64,000 bases of DNA from Nitrospirota bacterium (GTDB taxonomy: Bacteria > Nitrospirota > Nitrospiria > 2-01-FULL-66-17): assembly GCA_049325335.1 (NCBI GenBank), contig JBMOMC010000001.1, positions 384,001-448,000 on the forward strand, written 5' to 3'. The notes under the pieces are model-generated. The model saw nothing but the letters and a program-made list of their open reading frames with translations. It was not told the DNA's origin and ran no database searches. Both the position numbers and the translations under genes were made by a program. How positions within the stretch are numbered: the stretch's first letter is position 1; each line of letters opens with the position of its first letter. Shown here piece after piece: positions 59,576 to 64,000 of the stretch.

Positions 59576-62431
59576 ATGAGCGCCGCCGAACCAGGTCAAC
59601 CCGCACCCGATCAGCACGCGCCGCACCGTGACTCCACGGCCCGTCCCCGGCAAGGCTCTGCGCGGTCGTTTCTCCCATGGCACTGGCTCTATTTTGCGCT
59701 GGCAGGGTTTGATCTACTCACGGTCGTCTTCGGACTGTATCTGAGCCATCGTGTCACGCGGATCTACACCGACTCCATCGCCGTGAATCAACAGTGGGCC
59801 CGGCGCCTCGGGCAATACGACCACCTGCGTCAACTCGCCAGCAGCGTGAACGCTCCTGGTAACGACGTGTTCGACTCCCACAACGTGGTGGCTGAACGGG
59901 CGATGATGCACAACCGCCGCACGCGGTTTGACGCCGACCTCGCCGCGCTCCGAGCCGATCTGAGCACGGACGGCACGCAGGACGCGGCCGCGTTGCGCAA
60001 AGACTTGGACATCATCGACCACACCATGGGTACGATGACCGCGGAAGCCGAGGGCGTGTTTTCGCTGTTCGAGCGCGGCCAAGCCGAGCAGGCCGGCGAG
60101 CACATGGCCACCATGGACCGAAAATACGCGGTGGTCCAACGGGCATTCAGCCACCTGGCCGAGGACGTGGGCGCGATCCAAGCCGCCAATTTCCAACGGC
60201 AGATCCGGGCCGCCGCAACCGTGCAGCGACTCGAATGGTTAATCGGCGGGTTTGTGCTGATCATGGTCGTCGGCGCCACCGTGTACGGCCACTTTCTGAT
60301 CAAACACGCCGCGATTACGGCCCGTCAACGCGAGCTGGATGCGCGCGTGCGCGCGGAGCTTGAGAGCGAACAGCGATTCCGAGCCCTGATCGAAGACGGC
60401 AACGACGTGATTCTCCTGCTCGACCGTGCCCTCGCGGTTCGGTACGCCAGCCCGTCGTTCGCGCGCGTGTTGGGCCACGACAGCCGCGTCGCGATCGGGG
60501 AACCGGTGAGCGTCTTCCTGCACGGAGACGACGCATTGACCGTGTCCACGCGCTGCACCCGCGCGCTCGAGCAATCGGAAACCGGGTTCTCCCTTGTCTG
60601 TCGCATGCGGCGCGCGGACGGCGAGTGGCTGGTCATGGAAGTGGCGGGGCACGCCTCGGACGGCGCCTCGGTGATCCTCACCGCGCGCGACGTGACCGAG
60701 CGCAATCGCGCGGAACGGGCGCTGGCCACGTCCGAGCACCGATACCGTGAGTTGGTGCAGAGTATCCACGAGTTACTCGCGGAACTCGCGCCCGACGGCA
60801 CGATCCGTTTCGTGAACGCCACGTTTTGCACGGTCACGGGATTCTCCGAGTCCGAATTGACGGGCGCCAACTGGTTCGACTTCCTGCACCCCCAGGACCG
60901 CGCCGCCAGCCGGCAGCCCTACGAATGGCTGCGGAGTGAACGCCGGCCGATTCGCCACTTGGAACAGCGTCTCCGCACGCGTGGCGGCGCGTATCTGGTC
61001 ATCTCCACCAACTGCGACCCGGTGGCCGACGCGGCCGGACAGATCACCGCGATGGCGCAGGTCTCGTTTGATTTGACCGCGGTGCGCGAAGCCGAAGACA
61101 CGATCCGTCGGCTCGCGTATTACGACATCATCACCTCCCTCCCGAATCGCACGCTGTTGCATGACCGGCTGATCCAACAGGTCTCCGTCCACCAACAGCT
61201 CGGCAAACCCCTAGCCCTGTTGTTGATCAAAGTGGAACACCTCAAAGACATCAACAATACCTTAGGGTACCGACACGGGGATTGGTTGCTGGAACAACTT
61301 GCCGGTCGACTCACCGCGCTGGCGCGCGAGTCCGACGTGGTGGGACGACTGGGCGGAGCGGACTTTGCGATGGTGTTGCCGGGCACGGATTTGGAGGGCG
61401 CGCTCCGCATGAGCGAGACGGTTCAGGAGTCGCTGGCGTCGCCCCTCGCGCTGGAGCAGCTCTCGTTGACCGTGAGCGCCAGCGTCGGCGTGGCCATGTT
61501 TCCCGATCACGCGGCCTCCGCGGACACCTTGCTCCAGCGGGCGCACGTGGCCGTGGAGACCGCGAAACGCTCGCACAACAAACGCGGTGTGTACTCCCCC
61601 ACCCAAGACGCATACAAGCCCAGGCGGTTGGCGCTGGCGAGCGAATTGCGGTACGCGATCGACCACAACGAACTCACCCTGTTTTATCAACCTAAGGTCG
61701 CGCTTGCCCACCGGACCGTCGTCGGCGTCGAAGCGCTGGTGCGGTGGCGCCATCCGCAGCGAGGCCTGATCCCGCCCGACGAGTTTATCCCGTTGGCCGA
61801 ACACGGCGGCCTCATCAAGCCGCTGACCCACTGGGTGCTGGCGGCGGCCCGCGAGCAGGCAACGCGCTGGCACGCGGCAGGGTATCGGTTCGCCGTGGCG
61901 GTGAACCTCTCCGCCCGCACGCTCCACGACCCCTCGCTGCCGCTCTACGTAGAATCCCTCCTGATGCCGACCACGGGGCCGTCGTGGCTGGAACTGGAGG
62001 TGACGGAAAGCACGATCATGGCGGACCCGTCCGGCGCCCTCAATGTCTTGCAAGCCCTCCACGCGTTGAACATTCCCCTCGCCATCGATGATTTCGGCAC
62101 CGGGTACTCCTCGCTGGCGTATCTGCAGCGGCTCCCGGTCAGCGCGATTAAAATCGATAAATCGTTCGTGAAAGAAATGGCCTCGAACCCCGGCGACGCC
62201 ACCATTGTACGGTCCACTATTGACCTCGCCCACAATCTCGGACTGACCGTGATCGCCGAGGGGGTTGAAACCGCGGACGCGTGGAACCAACTCGCCGCCC
62301 TGCGCTGCGACACGGCCCAAGGGTATTTTCTCAGTCGGCCGGTGCCCGCGAATGAGCTCGACGCGTGGTTCCGCGGGTCGGGGTGGCGCGTGGACCGCGA
62401 TGAGGAGCCGCCGCTGGCTCAGGCCGCGTAA
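59576..62431 (+). CDS. Membrane-anchored PAS-PAS-GGDEF(degenerate)-EAL c-di-GMP phosphodiesterase
   Basis: Two TMs flanking a helical periplasmic domain; two PAS; RESD.....GGADF; EALVR, ELEVTE, DDFGTGYSS, KID, EGVE, QGY. Confidence 0.92.
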   Translation: MSAAEPGQPAPDQHAPHRDSTARPRQGSARSFLPWHWLYFALAGFDLLTVVFGLYLSHRVTRIYTDSIAVNQQWARRLGQYDHLRQLASSVNAPGNDVFDSHNVVAERAMMHNRRTRFDADLAALRADLSTDGTQDAAALRKDLDIIDHTMGTMTAEAEGVFSLFERGQAEQAGEHMATMDRKYAVVQRAFSHLAEDVGAIQAANFQRQIRAAATVQRLEWLIGGFVLIMVVGATVYGHFLIKHAAITARQRELDARVRAELESEQRFRALIEDGNDVILLLDRALAVRYASPSFARVLGHDSRVAIGEPVSVFLHGDDALTVSTRCTRALEQSETGFSLVCRMRRADGEWLVMEVAGHASDGASVILTARDVTERNRAERALATSEHRYRELVQSIHELLAELAPDGTIRFVNATFCTVTGFSESELTGANWFDFLHPQDRAASRQPYEWLRSERRPIRHLEQRLRTRGGAYLVISTNCDPVADAAGQITAMAQVSFDLTAVREAEDTIRRLAYYDIITSLPNRTLLHDRLIQQVSVHQQLGKPLALLLIKVEHLKDINNTLGYRHGDWLLEQLAGRLTALARESDVVGRLGGADFAMVLPGTDLEGALRMSETVQESLASPLALEQLSLTVSASVGVAMFPDHAASADTLLQRAHVAVETAKRSHNKRGVYSPTQDAYKPRRLALASELRYAIDHNELTLFYQPKVALAHRTVVGVEALVRWRHPQRGLIPPDEFIPLAEHGGLIKPLTHWVLAAAREQATRWHAAGYRFAVAVNLSARTLHDPSLPLYVESLLMPTTGPSWLELEVTESTIMADPSGALNVLQALHALNIPLAIDDFGTGYSSLAYLQRLPVSAIKIDKSFVKEMASNPGDATIVRSTIDLAHNLGLTVIAEGVETADAWNQLAALRCDTAQGYFLSRPVPANELDAWFRGSGWRVDRDEEPPLAQAA

Positions 62432-62474
62432 CCCGAGGGTTCCATACCGCCACGGGTCCGCTGAGGCTGTTCGC

Positions 62475-63002
62475 CTACCGCAACACCTCCTCGGCGATCC
62501 GCAGATACTCGGCATGATCGCGCTCGGAAAAACAGCAGAAGACCACCTGCTGCAGACGGTCATCAGCCTCCAGAAACCCTCGGACCACTCCCTGCGCGAT
62601 CCGCGTCGCCTCATCCAGCGGATACCGATACACGCCGGTTGAGATGGCGGGAAACGCGACGGTTCGCAGCCCGCGCGAGGCCGCCAGCGTCAGGCTGTTG
62701 CGGTAACAAGCCGCGAGCCGCTCGGGTTCGCTGCGAGCGCCGCCGTACCACACGGGCCCGACCGTGTGGATGACGTGCTGGGCGGGCAGCCGGTACCCCT
62801 TGGTGATCTTGGCTTCGCCGGTCTTGGCCCCGCCCAAGGTCCGGCACTCGGCCAGCAACTCGGGCCCCGCCGCGCGATGGATCGCCCCGTCCACCCCGCC
62901 TCCGCCCAGGAGCGACTCGTTCGCGGCGTTGACAACGGCGTCCACCGCCAGCGTGGTGATGTCTCCTTGGACGAGACGAATTCGGCCGTTCAAATACAGC
63001 AG
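62475..63002 (-). CDS. Macrodomain protein (O-acetyl-ADP-ribose deacetylase, YmdB-like)
   Basis: [44 protein letters not shown]; start uncertain. Confidence 0.93.
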   Translation of the reverse strand: MLYLNGRIRLVQGDITTLAVDAVVNAANESLLGGGGVDGAIHRAAGPELLAECRTLGGAKTGEAKITKGYRLPAQHVIHTVGPVWYGGARSEPERLAACYRNSLTLAASRGLRTVAFPAISTGVYRYPLDEATRIAQGVVRGFLEADDRLQQVVFCCFSERDHAEYLRIAEEVLR

Positions 63003-63172
63003 GGGACTCCTCCGGTGATCGGCCCTCCGGCGGCCCACGCCGGGCACGGATCAGGGTTTGACAGGTCTCGCCGCTGACGGTACGTTCAATTACCACGCGG
63101 GCGATTCTTCCCGCAACCACGGAACGATTTCGGGAATCGGACATTAGAGTCGATCTTCGCATCCGAGGTGTA

Positions 63173-64000
63173 TTGCTCGTCACGGGCGCATCGTTGCTCG
63201 CCGTTTTCACGGCACGCGTGGCCGACTTGTCGCGCGGCGCGGCGGTCGCCATGGCCGGCGCGCTCGCGGTCGTCGGCATCGTGTGGTTCGTGCTCCACCC
63301 ACTCCGGCGTGCGGACCGCGGCCGCTCGCCCGGCAAGCCCCGTCTCGAGGAGGCCCTGCAGGCGCTCCGCGCCAACGAACAGAGGCTCGCGGAATCCCAA
63401 CGCCTCGCACATCTGGGTAGTTGGGAGTTGAACCTCGCTGAAAATACCCTGTGGTGGTCCGACGAAGTGTATCGGATCTTTGAAATCGATCCCAGCCGGT
63501 TCGCGGCGTCGTACGAAGCGTTCCTCGAAGTGGTCCACCCCGATGACCGAGAATCCGTCCATCGCGCGTACCAGGAATCGATCAACAATCGAACCCCCTA
63601 CAACCTCGTGCACCGCCTCCTAATGCAGGACGGACGGATCAAGTTCGTGCACGAATGTTGTGAAACCGAGTACCGCCCCGACGGCGCCCCGGTGCGATCC
63701 ATCGGCACGGTTCTAGACGTCACCGAACGCCGGCACGCCGACCACGCATTGCGGGTTTCCGAAGAACGGTATCGCGGCCTCATCGAAAATTTGCCGGAAT
63801 TTCTCATCGACGTGGCGCCGGACGGGGTCATCCGCGCCGCGAATCGCGCGTTCTGCGCGGCGACCGGATTTTCCGCAGCCGAGTTGACGGGCATGAACGT
63901 GTTCGCGTTGGTGCACCCGGACGACGTCCCTACGGCGCATCGGCACTACGACGGGCTGCTCCGCGGGCTCGCGCCGATCCGCCGCTGGGAACACCGTTTG
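63173..64000 (+). CDS. Membrane PAS-domain signalling protein (5' part; runs off window)
   Basis: Open frame after stop at 63059-61: TM AVAMAGALAVVGIVWFVL, PAS LAHLGSWELNL..WSDEVYRIF..VHPDDR, second PAS; promoter TTGACA-17-TACGTT at 63058-63086; start uncertain. Confidence 0.8.
   Translation, partial: MLVTGASLLAVFTARVADLSRGAAVAMAGALAVVGIVWFVLHPLRRADRGRSPGKPRLEEALQALRANEQRLAESQRLAHLGSWELNLAENTLWWSDEVYRIFEIDPSRFAASYEAFLEVVHPDDRESVHRAYQESINNRTPYNLVHRLLMQDGRIKFVHECCETEYRPDGAPVRSIGTVLDVTERRHADHALRVSEERYRGLIENLPEFLIDVAPDGVIRAANRAFCAATGFSAAELTGMNVFALVHPDDVPTAHRHYDGLLRGLAPIRRWEHRL

Overview
GC-rich bacterial chromosomal window, mostly core genes. The short roof-less GroES, the 121-bp CAGGCTGCTGAAAAAGT-type intergenic repeat and the Deltaproteobacteria-like gene order suggest a Nitrospirota-type organism; this is inferred, not proven. 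Contents: dedA/OB-fold/hpnE; groES-groEL with CIRCE; a long minus-strand run ffh-[PAS/degenerate GGDEF]-rpsP-rimM-trmD-rplS-rnhB-yraN-[RomY-like]-ftsE-ftsX-envC-ctpA; an ECF sigma/ZAS anti-sigma pair behind a sigma54-type promoter; class II RNR nrdJ with tandem NrdR boxes; a lipoprotein metallopeptidase pair; a HK/sigma54 response regulator/cytochrome c cluster; [RomR-like]-valS-nadC-birA-coaX; hrcA-grpE-dnaK-dnaJ-rsmE with CIRCE; pgpA-cinA-thpR-recA-pilT-alaS-ruvX-mltG-lgt; a speD-speE-decarboxylase polyamine operon; a VIT1/CCC1 transporter; hemL; c-di-GMP/PAS signalling genes; and a macrodomain gene. The most notable signal is apparent homologues of the Myxococcus front-rear polarity proteins RomR (Glu at the phospho-acceptor position, duplicated C-terminal motif) and RomY, plus a PilT-family ATPase. 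Also notable is a catalytically dead, I-site-retaining GGDEF protein inside the SRP/ribosome operon. No rRNA, tRNA, CRISPR array, prophage or transposase was recognised. Family assignments rest on motifs recognised by eye; no database search was run.
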